Below, one piece after another: positions 1 through 9,102 of a stretch of DNA of 64,000 bases. Each line of letters begins with the position of its first letter. The first letter of the stretch is position 1. The DNA is from a virus, in IMG/VR virus record IMGVR_UViG_3300033146_004128, positions 32,001 to 96,000 of that record. The stretch is one strand, 5' to 3'. A program made the translations under genes and the position numbers. Below the pieces are notes generated by a model. It had not been told where the DNA came from. It saw nothing but the letters and a program-made list of their open reading frames with translations, and searched no databases.

Positions 1-35
1 TGGCCAAATATGTATTAAAACAAGAAGGAAAAAAA

Positions 36-590
36 ATGATTAAAATAGATATGAAAGAGGCAGGTAAAAAGCTTGTCGAGAAACAACCATTCAGAATCAT
101 AATGGATGACCATGATAAAAAAGGTACGCCGGCTACAGAGTATACCAATTTTGTAGACGTACTTACGTTCAGCGTGTATGGTGTAGGACAGAATTTCCAA
201 AACATTCCGTTCGCCACCACCACGAGCACAAAATACATGGGTATCGAGACAAAAACGGTTGGGCTTATAAACCAGAATGGGGATATAGTATGCCAAGTTC
301 CATCCTCTGAGTACAATAAGTTCAAAAACCCAGATGAGTTCAGAAGGGAAAAGGAAAGATTCAAGTTTAATTGTAATGATGATGAGATTATAATTGCTCT
401 TAAGCTTACAGAAAATCCTGCAAGAGGCGGATCGTACAGCTACTTGCTTCTACTAAAAGAACCTTTGACCGTAGAAGAAATGCAGAAGAGAAGAGATTCA
501 TCTGTGTTCTCTGCTAAGAAAAAAGTAGAGAATGAGTCTCTGTCTAAGATTGAAATGTTATGGGGAAACAAGGAAGAGGAGGTAGCATAA
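36..590 (+). CDS. hypothetical protein
   Basis: 184-aa ORF, SD-like AAGGA upstream, TAATG coupling to next gene. Confidence 0.8.
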   Translation: MIKIDMKEAGKKLVEKQPFRIIMDDHDKKGTPATEYTNFVDVLTFSVYGVGQNFQNIPFATTTSTKYMGIETKTVGLINQNGDIVCQVPSSEYNKFKNPDEFRREKERFKFNCNDDEIIIALKLTENPARGGSYSYLLLLKEPLTVEEMQKRRDSSVFSAKKKVENESLSKIEMLWGNKEEEVA

Positions 591-1147
591 TGGCAGATAT
601 GTGGTTTTACCAGGCTATATCAAATGGTATAGGTGGAACTATGTGTGGAGGAACAGAGGACAGGTATCAGAAAGAAAATACTGAGACCATAAAGATACGT
701 CTTAGGATCGCAAAGTTCCTACAGCAGGAAAAGTATCTTGAGATGTCTATAAAAGATGGGTACCTGAAGCGTAATTATTTAGGTAGGGGGGAGGACGCAG
801 AGTCTGCTATTGAATTTAACATGAACTTAGTAGACGCAAAGAAGACCCTGGATAGAAAAATAAAATCACAGATTAGGGAATGTATGAACATTAGATTTCC
901 AGATCTTAAAAAGACATCCAAAAATTACGCAATGGTTAAGAAGGTTATGTTAACCGAGCTTTCCGGGTATAAGCCTGCTGATCTGATGAATAAGTATATT
1001 CGTGAAAGAAAAAATCTTCCTAAAAAGAAAAAGATAAACAAAGGCTCAGTAGGTCTTACTGAGCTAGGGTTTGAAACATATCGCACAATGTTTGATATAG
1101 GATTCAACATAAGATACCTACCGAGACAGGAAGAGGAAAAGTCATGA
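590..1147 (+). CDS. hypothetical protein
   Basis: ORF 560..1147; start moved to ATG 590 (GAGG SD, TAATG overlap). Confidence 0.8.
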   Translation: MADMWFYQAISNGIGGTMCGGTEDRYQKENTETIKIRLRIAKFLQQEKYLEMSIKDGYLKRNYLGRGEDAESAIEFNMNLVDAKKTLDRKIKSQIRECMNIRFPDLKKTSKNYAMVKKVMLTELSGYKPADLMNKYIRERKNLPKKKKINKGSVGLTELGFETYRTMFDIGFNIRYLPRQEEEKS

Positions 1148-1431
1148 GTACTGTTAAATCTATAGCCAATGACAACACATCAAGCAATGGTGGTGTAAAG
1201 GCTAGAAAGTGCCCTTTTTGTGGAAGCAGTGATATCATTATGAATACAGATAAGTATGCGTCATCACACAGGGTGCTCGCAGAAGCATATTGCTCATGTG
1301 GATATTGTAAGTCAAAAGGACCTACGGTTATATCTGTGTGTGATGGCGATACACACTTGAAGGAAATGGAGAAATTAAAAGATGATGCACGCAGTTTATG
1401 GTGCGGACTAGATACGAAAAAAGGAGGGTAG
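1144..1431 (+). CDS. Lar-family (restriction alleviation)-like zinc-finger protein
   Basis: RKCPFCGS ... YCSCGYCKSKGP pattern typical of Lar_restr_allev proteins. Confidence 0.6.
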   Translation: MSTVKSIANDNTSSNGGVKARKCPFCGSSDIIMNTDKYASSHRVLAEAYCSCGYCKSKGPTVISVCDGDTHLKEMEKLKDDARSLWCGLDTKKGG

Positions 1432-1433
1432 AT

Positions 1434-1859
1434 ATGAATAGTAGGCAGGTCGTGCTGGGGTCAATACTATATACAGTTCTGGCTTCGATAGACAAGAGAG
1501 AAGACCATGGAAAACGTGGAAGAAAGGCTATCATGAAGAAGATTAAGAAGTCTCTAATGGTATACGGAAATAGTGATAGTGAGAATTATCTAAAGCTTGT
1601 CGGAGAGTCAGGAGGTGTACTTGAGTCTGCTAAGGAAGAGCTTAATAAAAATTCTTTTCTTCTTAATCCTGGAGTGTTGATTAGGACGATAAAAGGTAAG
1701 TATCCTGAATATCTAGATGTGTATGATATAAGTGATGATCACATACAGAACATAGCAGAGGCTTATGAGTCAAGCAACGCAGGCTATACATCTGTGCAGT
1801 TGGCTAACAGGATAGTTTTACAGGTAGATAAGTTTGTAGAAAGTTTGGAGGAGAAATGA
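1434..1859 (+). CDS. hypothetical protein
   Basis: ORF with AGGAGG SD before ATG 1434. Confidence 0.8.
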   Translation: MNSRQVVLGSILYTVLASIDKREDHGKRGRKAIMKKIKKSLMVYGNSDSENYLKLVGESGGVLESAKEELNKNSFLLNPGVLIRTIKGKYPEYLDVYDISDDHIQNIAEAYESSNAGYTSVQLANRIVLQVDKFVESLEEK

Positions 1860-2107
1860 AAGATTTTAATGATGCAGTATCAAAGGTTGCCAAGACATTT
1901 GGGTATACAAAAAAGAGGGTATTGGCTGATGGAATAGTAGTGGAAATAGAAGCAGAAGATGGAGAAGATTTTCAAAACTACTCCTATGAAAATGGAGATA
2001 TAGTAGAAGCAGGAACACCCATTGGGGTAGAGGTTTTCGATCCAGAAACAGATAACACAGAAGATGATGCCGTATTTTATATGTACGATCATATTCTAAT
2101 AGGATAA
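1856..2107 (+). CDS. small acidic hypothetical protein
   Basis: 83 aa, about 20 D/E; GGAG SD, ATGA overlap. Confidence 0.8.
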   Translation: MKDFNDAVSKVAKTFGYTKKRVLADGIVVEIEAEDGEDFQNYSYENGDIVEAGTPIGVEVFDPETDNTEDDAVFYMYDHILIG

Positions 2108-2119
2108 AGGTAAAAAGAC

Positions 2120-2419
2120 ATGGAATATATACACGTCGTAACAGTGATGATTGAATATGAGTTGTATCAGCAATTTGCATTTGTGGATGAAGCTGATGCA
2201 AAAGAGAAAGAGACTGAGTTGAGCAAGATGTATTTTGAAGATAGATTTGAAGAGGCGTTTAATGATGTAGAGGGTGACGAGCCTGCGTACCCAGAGTTTG
2301 AAAAGGACGCTACGTTTATGGATTACCAGGGAAGCTCTGCATGGTGGGATGATGATAGCAGAGTAACTGTGTTCAATACGATGATTGCCGTATCAGGCTC
2401 TAGCAAAGAAAACAAATAA
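2120..2419 (+). CDS. small acidic hypothetical protein
   Basis: 99 aa, about 25 D/E versus about 8 K/R. Confidence 0.8.
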   Translation: MEYIHVVTVMIEYELYQQFAFVDEADAKEKETELSKMYFEDRFEEAFNDVEGDEPAYPEFEKDATFMDYQGSSAWWDDDSRVTVFNTMIAVSGSSKENK

Positions 2420-2431
2420 AGGGATAACAAT

Positions 2432-3472
2432 ATGGAAAATTTAATGGAAATGGGTGTTTATTACCCATCTGTAGGAACAGCAGCTCACAAAAGAGGAGCG
2501 GAAAGAAACTTCGACTCATTGATTGTCAATGGTATTTTAATTAAAAAAGTTGAGGATGAAAGAGAGTCATCGAAAGTAGTTGTGAATTATTCCAAAAAAG
2601 CAGGAGAAGAGATAGTTATACATGCTAAAGATCAAAAGCTAATGGATGAAATGCTCAACGATAGGTTGTTTAAAGGACTTACTGAAACTGACATACTTGA
2701 GAGGTTTGCAGTCATGGCAAACAACAGAGCAACAACAGTAAGAACTCTAGGCGTAGCCACACTATACTCGCTTCCTGGTGACGGTCTGCATGCTTCATTA
2801 AGGGTGATAAATAGACCGTATATGCCTAATAAAATTACAGGCGAGAAGGTGAAAGAAACGATACTTAAGGCATTAAACACTAGAGGCAGTGGTCTCGGAT
2901 TGACTGTAGATGATATCGCCATAGCAAACGAAGTGTTTGGCCTTACTGCAGACAAGAACTATAATACCTTAAGAAGAAATGCTCTTGACTATATGCTTAA
3001 GGAAAAGTATAGAGATGATTCAGAGTGCACTACAGAGGAAGATGAGGATAATACGGGTATCGTGGTTGTGCTTAGTGACACTGAGGAATGTGAGCAAGAA
3101 GAAGATCGCCCGAAACCTCATCAGGCAGATCTACCATTCGAGTTCGAAGAGGAAAAGCCAGCATCGCTAAGAACAAATGCCTGGAGAACAGACATGCCAC
3201 TTGGTGATATAAAGAATGACATAGTTACGGCTGAAGAAGCAAAGCGAGGAAGAACTCTATACTTTGCCTATGACAATAGACTATACAAGGGATCAGCTGG
3301 AGGATATGAGTATGGTGAATTTGGAGAGCCAGATGTGATTATTGTCAAAAATATCAAGCCTATATTCGGGGCGGAAGTTACAGGCTCTGGTCCAAAGCAG
3401 AATAAAGTGAGCGCTCTAAAATGTAGTGCTACTTTAGAGGGTGCCATATATAAATTTGTGAGAGGTGTATAA
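2432..3472 (+). CDS. hypothetical protein
   Basis: 346-aa ORF with central acidic linker. Confidence 0.85.
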   Translation: MENLMEMGVYYPSVGTAAHKRGAERNFDSLIVNGILIKKVEDERESSKVVVNYSKKAGEEIVIHAKDQKLMDEMLNDRLFKGLTETDILERFAVMANNRATTVRTLGVATLYSLPGDGLHASLRVINRPYMPNKITGEKVKETILKALNTRGSGLGLTVDDIAIANEVFGLTADKNYNTLRRNALDYMLKEKYRDDSECTTEEDEDNTGIVVVLSDTEECEQEEDRPKPHQADLPFEFEEEKPASLRTNAWRTDMPLGDIKNDIVTAEEAKRGRTLYFAYDNRLYKGSAGGYEYGEFGEPDVIIVKNIKPIFGAEVTGSGPKQNKVSALKCSATLEGAIYKFVRGV

Positions 3473-3927
3473 TGGTTGTACATGTAGTAATTAAAATAGA
3501 GAATGGGGTAGTGGTTAATACAAATGTCTTTAATCATAGAGCAGATGCTGAACTGTATGCCATGGGACTCGGAAGAGAATCTGGAGTAAACGTATTTATG
3601 TTTGATGAGCTAGAAGAAGCGCTTGCCGAGCATGGAGATGGAACAACCATATCTATAAGTGATGAGCCTGTGCATAGTGATGGCTGTGGTGAAGACATAG
3701 TTATGAATAAGTGGGATATACACACTGCAACACTCGTTGGTGAAGAAGGAAATGGTGATCCAATAGAAGTAGAAGTAGTTCTTGGCGCGTATGGAATACG
3801 TATAGAGTTTGCAGAAGAAGGAAACGATAAGTGTGTAATGCTGGATTATTTTAACAATAAGTTGTCAGTTAAAGTGTGGGCTGATAATGATAATGAAGAC
3901 TTTACGCATGAGATCCCTCTATCATGA
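3472..3927 (+). CDS. hypothetical protein (acidic)
   Basis: 151-aa ORF, TAATG coupling. Confidence 0.8.
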   Translation: MVVHVVIKIENGVVVNTNVFNHRADAELYAMGLGRESGVNVFMFDELEEALAEHGDGTTISISDEPVHSDGCGEDIVMNKWDIHTATLVGEEGNGDPIEVEVVLGAYGIRIEFAEEGNDKCVMLDYFNNKLSVKVWADNDNEDFTHEIPLS

Positions 3928-4118
3928 TAGCAAAAGGGTTCGAAGAGTTTTACGAAAAAAACAAGAATTATTTTTTCGTAAAGCATGGCGGTGATGAAAA
4001 AAAAATGAGGAGTGACGCTATGTCCGCACATGGAGAGATACTTAGATTTAAGAATGCTCCAAAGAATGTGTCTGGAAAAGTATCTAAGAAGAAGCCAAAT
4101 CCGTATGGATTTAACTAA
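3924..4118 (+). CDS. hypothetical protein
   Basis: 64-aa ORF, ATGA overlap. Confidence 0.7.
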   Translation: MIAKGFEEFYEKNKNYFFVKHGGDEKKMRSDAMSAHGEILRFKNAPKNVSGKVSKKKPNPYGFN

Positions 4119-4127
4119 GGAGAATGA

Positions 4128-4760
4128 ATGAGTTATGTTATACATTTTGACAAGTGGTCAAATATTGAAGAAGAATACAGAAATGTCACATGGGAGGAAG
4201 TATCCAGTAGTGATAGAGCAATGGCGTCAACCGAAGGGTTTGAGTGGTGGCTTGATGAAAACTACTCAGACTACGATCTTGACATAGAAGAGATCAAGGA
4301 GGGGTGGTCCAGCAACGAGGATGTCGATGCCACGGATCTTATAGAAGAGTTTAGAGGCAGCGAGGATTTTTATTCTATCCAGGATGCCTATACTCCAATA
4401 TACAATTACGTACATGTTCTTCAGCATGAGCCAACATGGAAAGAGGTGCTACTTGTAGATAGGTATGTTGGGAATGTTGTGGTGATAGAAATTGAAGCAT
4501 GTGATATGTTTGCACTTGCATTGACTGGGTGCGGAATGGATCTTAGTGACAACATAGAGTTAGCATACTACCTAACAGACGGACAAAGCCCGGTAAAGGC
4601 ATCGCAAATAATGTCCCTAAGTAAAAAGGCTGAGAGTATGCTTCTTCACTTCAGGAAGTATGCGAAAGAATACGGGAGAGTATCTCCTAATGAGGTTGCC
4701 AATTTTATCAAGGAGTATGATGATGGAGAAAAAAAGTCAGTGGAAAAAGAAGAAAGCTGA
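4128..4760 (+). CDS. hypothetical protein (acidic)
   Basis: 210-aa ORF, AAGGAG SD. Confidence 0.85.
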   Translation: MSYVIHFDKWSNIEEEYRNVTWEEVSSSDRAMASTEGFEWWLDENYSDYDLDIEEIKEGWSSNEDVDATDLIEEFRGSEDFYSIQDAYTPIYNYVHVLQHEPTWKEVLLVDRYVGNVVVIEIEACDMFALALTGCGMDLSDNIELAYYLTDGQSPVKASQIMSLSKKAESMLLHFRKYAKEYGRVSPNEVANFIKEYDDGEKKSVEKEES

Positions 4761-5373
4761 ACCATACAAGCCGGTAGACCCCGATGAGCCAAACGACAAT
4801 GTTGTTGTGTATAAAAATACCGGGGTAAAAAAAAGACAATCGGAAAATGTAGCAGAGCACAAGCAGCCAACAGTCAACAAATTCAACAGTCGGGACTGGG
4901 AGCAAAAGAAGAAAGTTGCAGACAGGCTTGCCAAGATAAAGCAGAAAAGAAAGACAACAAAAGAGGACAAGCGTGGAGTCCTCATTATCCGTGACTATAT
5001 GTCTTATCTGCACATGAAATATGGTGGAGGTACGGGGACACAGATGGAAGTTCACCACTGGATGCCAAAAAGCAGGATAAAGCATAACGACTTCTTTGTG
5101 TGCTGCATTCCACCAGATGAGCATTATGAAATACATCATGGAGGGGGAAGCGTTAATGCCTTTATAGAGAAGAAAGGGATAGGAACACTGCTCGTTGACT
5201 CTGCAATAATGTTTGCGGAGTGGCTTGCTACAGAGGATGGTCACAGGCACAGACACAGCGATGTGTTCACTGCCATGATCCAAGATATAGGGTTAGACCC
5301 TGAGAATTATGATCATGTACTTGAGACAACTCGCAGGTACGCAGAAGAGATAAGATTGCAAAGGAGAAAGTAG
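4723..5373 (+). CDS. HNH/His-Me finger nuclease-like protein with Lys-rich N-terminus
   Basis: EVHHWMPKS...ND...CIPPDEHYEIHH motif; start moved to ATG 4723 (AGGAG SD). Confidence 0.55.
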   Translation: MEKKSQWKKKKAEPYKPVDPDEPNDNVVVYKNTGVKKRQSENVAEHKQPTVNKFNSRDWEQKKKVADRLAKIKQKRKTTKEDKRGVLIIRDYMSYLHMKYGGGTGTQMEVHHWMPKSRIKHNDFFVCCIPPDEHYEIHHGGGSVNAFIEKKGIGTLLVDSAIMFAEWLATEDGHRHRHSDVFTAMIQDIGLDPENYDHVLETTRRYAEEIRLQRRK

Positions 5374-5556
5374 GTGAAATATGAGGTGTTAATAACAGAG
5401 GTTAGAACTAGAATGGTTGAGGTTGATGCAGATACTCCCGAAGAAGCAAAAGACAAAGTACAAGACGAATACGAGAGAGGTATGCATGATCTTAGTCTTA
5501 GCGAGCATATACAGGAAACAAAAATTAAAGAACTTAACGAAATTTGGAGGAAGTAA
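5374..5556 (+). CDS. DpnD/PcfM-like protein
   Basis: KYEVLITEVRTRMVEVDADTPEEAKDKVQDEY pattern. Confidence 0.65.
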   Translation: MKYEVLITEVRTRMVEVDADTPEEAKDKVQDEYERGMHDLSLSEHIQETKIKELNEIWRK

Positions 5557-5557
5557 T

Positions 5558-6592
5558 ATGAAAAAGTTAGTAATAACGTGTAAGTATGATGGCAAGAAAG
5601 AGTTTGTAAGTTACAAGACAACACCTGGTGCTCCGGCAGTAGTGGAGACAGTTCCGTTTCACAAGGCAACACTATTCGATAAGCCAGAAGTGGTAGAGGG
5701 GATCATTAGAGATTTCGATCTACCAGAGCCAGGAATATCTGTAGTTGATGTAAACTACAACAGGCAAATAGATGGAGAGACTGACAAGTATTCTGTTTTT
5801 CTTTCCATGGCACAAGAGAGAGCTATAGCAGACAGAGAAAGGCCAGCAGTAAAACCATGTAGTGAAGATGGGATTTTATATCAGTTGTATCTGTTCTCTA
5901 TGCTGTGGCACGGAAGAAACCCTGAGCTTGAAATGCTTGAGTATGATCATGCATTCGAAAGTATAAAAAAAGACTATGCAGAGTTTATGTCCAGCGAGTT
6001 TAACAATCCATCTGTGTCACTATATGAAGCCATAGAAGCCTACTTCGATGATAAACTTGCCACAGAGACAAGGGTGTTTTTCAGGAAGGTGATAGAAAAT
6101 CCTATGGCAGGTGCAGTGATCGCAGTGTTCCCGGACATACCTGCTGACGAAAAAGGAAACCCAACATCATATATGTTTATTGGTCAGCACTCTGCAGCAA
6201 CATACAAGTTCTTCGTGGAAGATACTGTATCAACAAAGTCTGGATGTGATGTATATGGATGCATGGAAGAGCACCTGAGAGACATCGTAGGGTATGATGA
6301 TCTTGTCGTGTGCGAAGATCCACAAGAGATAGGGTTTATGCCAAAGTGCTTGTACTGCGACTGCGGGAACAGTCCTACGCATTTTATCTGTGAATCGTGT
6401 GGCGACGGAATGTGTGACGAGTGCTATGATGCAGACAAAGAGCATGATGCTCACTACCAAGACCCTGCACAGAGTGCGGATGGTGAGGAACAGTATCTGT
6501 TGATGGATGATGTTTTTGGCGGTGGGTACGGATGTGACTCGTGTGTGGGAAAAGCTTTGAAGATGGAGAAAAATATGGAGATAGAACTATGA
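5558..6592 (+). CDS. multidomain hypothetical protein with C-terminal Cys-rich Zn finger
   Basis: GGAGG SD before ATG 5558; RVFFRK..AVFP..SYMFIGQH domain; CLYCDC/CESC/CDEC/CDSC. Confidence 0.8.
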   Translation: MKKLVITCKYDGKKEFVSYKTTPGAPAVVETVPFHKATLFDKPEVVEGIIRDFDLPEPGISVVDVNYNRQIDGETDKYSVFLSMAQERAIADRERPAVKPCSEDGILYQLYLFSMLWHGRNPELEMLEYDHAFESIKKDYAEFMSSEFNNPSVSLYEAIEAYFDDKLATETRVFFRKVIENPMAGAVIAVFPDIPADEKGNPTSYMFIGQHSAATYKFFVEDTVSTKSGCDVYGCMEEHLRDIVGYDDLVVCEDPQEIGFMPKCLYCDCGNSPTHFICESCGDGMCDECYDADKEHDAHYQDPAQSADGEEQYLLMDDVFGGGYGCDSCVGKALKMEKNMEIEL

Positions 6593-6759
6593 GTGAAGAA
6601 GTAAAACTGTTTCTTAGCATAATGCTTAAGAAGAAAGTCGATAGCTACACTATCGTAAACAATACAGGTGACATCTACCCAAATGGAGGAGACATATTTG
6701 TGTCTCTGACTTTTGAGGATGGGAAGTCTAAAGCAGTTAAGTTTAAGGAGGTTACATGA
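6589..6759 (+). CDS. hypothetical protein
   Basis: GGAG SD, ATGA overlap. Confidence 0.7.
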   Translation: MSEEVKLFLSIMLKKKVDSYTIVNNTGDIYPNGGDIFVSLTFEDGKSKAVKFKEVT

Positions 6760-7124
6760 GTATTGAATTAAAAGATACACTTATCTACCGGCTGTCAGAG
6801 CAAATACTAAATGATCTGTATGCACTTGAGGATGAACTTGACTACGATGATGATAATATCGGAAGAGCTATTGCCATCATGCAAAATTTTGATGCAGAAG
6901 ATGCGTGCAAGAAACATATGGCTCAAGTAAAGGAAGAAATTATGATTCTTCAGGGGCCTGTGGATGTAGATGTGCTTACGGAGATAATGAATAGAAAAGT
7001 ATATTGGTCAGAAATTGTTGTCCCCGGATATATCCGTGTGCACTATGATCAAGAGAGATATCTTCCTGTATACGAAGATGTTCCTGTCGAGAGGATACTA
7101 AAATACACAAAGGAAAATTCATGA
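6756..7124 (+). CDS. hypothetical protein
   Basis: 122 aa, GGAGG SD. Confidence 0.8.
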   Translation: MSIELKDTLIYRLSEQILNDLYALEDELDYDDDNIGRAIAIMQNFDAEDACKKHMAQVKEEIMILQGPVDVDVLTEIMNRKVYWSEIVVPGYIRVHYDQERYLPVYEDVPVERILKYTKENS

Positions 7125-7327
7125 GAAGAAAATCGCTAAAAGAAATACTATCAGAAGATATTCTTGAGAGATACAACAATATTGAATATTGGGACCCTGC
7201 AGTCATAAGAGAGTACCTAGATGAACAGACGGAAGTAACTCAAGAGGATATGGATATAGCCACGATGATGCTTGACAAGATAGAGATTGATGTAGCAGAG
7301 ATAAAAAGAAAATTGAAGGAGAAGTAA
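7121..7327 (+). CDS. hypothetical protein
   Basis: 68 aa, coupled overlaps on both sides. Confidence 0.75.
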   Translation: MRRKSLKEILSEDILERYNNIEYWDPAVIREYLDEQTEVTQEDMDIATMMLDKIEIDVAEIKRKLKEK

Positions 7328-7944
7328 TGTATGTAGAATGTACGAAATGTGGTCACGGGTTTGCATCAGACATATTGGGCGAAGTATTTTGCCCAAAATG
7401 TGGATTTAAAAATCGCAATGATCAGCTCACACGAAGCCAGTATGAAAAGGTAAGCAAGAGAGTTGAAGAAGCACTCGTAGGATATGTTAGATGCACAACT
7501 GCAATGCTTAGAAGGAACGACAAGAACCATTTTGAAAGAACGCTTACACACATAGAGAACCCAAAGGTGACAATATATGCAGACAGTTATTCAAAGCTAC
7601 CTGTACGTTTTGATGAGAAGAGAATTATATTCTCTGACTATACCGGGGCTCAGGATAAGTACCACACGTATGATGTCAGGACGGTGAGAAGCAAGAGTGA
7701 TAGTGGAGTAAGTACTGTTGGAGAGAATATGATTGAGATAAAGGCATTCGATGTTATGGATATGTCAAATGCAGAGATTGTAGAATACGTAGATAAGCTG
7801 TTTAAGAATGAAAATTGGGCAGGTGTATCATCTGACATGAAAGTCGTATCGTTTATAACGCTATGGGACACTCTTGATGAAAGACTTGAGGCAGTGTCTG
7901 CGATAACAAAAAAGCTGTGCATAGAAGGAGAGATAAGTGGTTAA
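7327..7944 (+). CDS. zinc-ribbon domain protein
   Basis: N-terminal CTKC...CPKC. Confidence 0.75.
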   Translation: MYVECTKCGHGFASDILGEVFCPKCGFKNRNDQLTRSQYEKVSKRVEEALVGYVRCTTAMLRRNDKNHFERTLTHIENPKVTIYADSYSKLPVRFDEKRIIFSDYTGAQDKYHTYDVRTVRSKSDSGVSTVGENMIEIKAFDVMDMSNAEIVEYVDKLFKNENWAGVSSDMKVVSFITLWDTLDERLEAVSAITKKLCIEGEISG

Positions 7945-8257
7945 AAATGACTCAATATCACTGGTGAAGAGCAAGTTGAGAAACATTAGAGTAGTACAGT
8001 ATCAATCACTTAGAGACTATCCCTCTGACGACATATGGTGGGCTCTTCAAACATGTAGTATAGACAGTGTTGATATACATGGGGATATAGACAGGGTGGT
8101 TATCTCTACGAATATATTTGACGATAAGGACAGTACCTTGGATATCATATCGTTCTTCGCAGAAGAGTACGACTCGCAAGCAGGTGTTCTGAGTGATTTT
8201 ATTAATCATGTTGAACGGTGTCTACTTCTAGGAGTAGACTTTATAGAAATAAGCTAA
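7937..8257 (+). CDS. hypothetical protein
   Basis: 106 aa, GTG start after AAGGAG. Confidence 0.7.
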   Translation: MVKNDSISLVKSKLRNIRVVQYQSLRDYPSDDIWWALQTCSIDSVDIHGDIDRVVISTNIFDDKDSTLDIISFFAEEYDSQAGVLSDFINHVERCLLLGVDFIEIS

Positions 8258-8266
8258 GGAAAAAAT

Positions 8267-8689
8267 ATGAGCTCAGCAGTAGAAAGAATTTTAGAGGAAA
8301 AACTAGATTTGATACAGAGAACAATGGAGGAGGTCAGAGGAATGAAGATGGCTACTCCTTCTCTTAGGTGTGCAGTGCAAAAAAATTATGGATCAATCCT
8401 GAATGGGTATAGGGAAGGTGACTTGACTTTTCAGGAGGCAGTAAATGCACTTGAAGCAAGAGCCCCTACCAACAAAAAAGATGCAGATGAGAAGTATACA
8501 GTAATGGAATACATCATAAAGAAGGTAGCAGCTGTAAGGACTAGAGCAAACGTGTGGGATCTTATGTATGAGACAGAGTTCCATGGAGATGGGGTTGAAC
8601 TAAATGAGGTTATGGCATGCATGACTGATGAGCAAGTATTCAATTGGTATCCAGGAATTATAGCAAGCTATATTGGAGGAAGACAATGA
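8267..8689 (+). CDS. hypothetical protein
   Basis: 140-aa ORF, AAGGA SD. Confidence 0.8.
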   Translation: MSSAVERILEEKLDLIQRTMEEVRGMKMATPSLRCAVQKNYGSILNGYREGDLTFQEAVNALEARAPTNKKDADEKYTVMEYIIKKVAAVRTRANVWDLMYETEFHGDGVELNEVMACMTDEQVFNWYPGIIASYIGGRQ

Positions 8690-9102
8690 TATTAGTAAAT
8701 AAAGATACGCTAGAGGTAATATACAGCATGACAAGCAATGTTCTTGTTGGGTACTACAATGAAGCAAGCAACAATACGTCTATAATGCTTAGCGGTAGGA
8801 TCATAGAAACACATGATGGAAATATGAACGAGGAGGCATGCCAGGCTATCATAGAAGAGTCTTGGAATATTACAGTTACTGAAGATTCCAAATATCCATA
8901 TATCATAAATGACAAGCTGCTCAAGCAAGATGTGGTCGATACTGTATTGGGATACTTGGACATTGAGGAGGAATCACTTCTTAATGGGTTGCTGACTGAC
9001 GACGACATGTCTTACATAGTTGATAGAATGTACGATATGGAATCCGATACAGCAATAGATATAGCGATGAGAATAGAGAGAGAACTAGAAAAGGAAGACT
9101 AA
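8686..9102 (+). CDS. hypothetical protein (acidic)
   Basis: GGAGG SD before ATG 8686. Confidence 0.8.
   Translation: MILVNKDTLEVIYSMTSNVLVGYYNEASNNTSIMLSGRIIETHDGNMNEEACQAIIEESWNITVTEDSKYPYIINDKLLKQDVVDTVLGYLDIEEESLLNGLLTDDDMSYIVDRMYDMESDTAIDIAMRIERELEKED

Noticed and set aside
4708-5283. 191-aa minus-strand ORF (and similar ones at 42627..43160, 53977..54522, 59298..59783)
   Set aside because: Antisense to well-supported genes; stop-poor reverse frames are expected from A/G-rich coding strands
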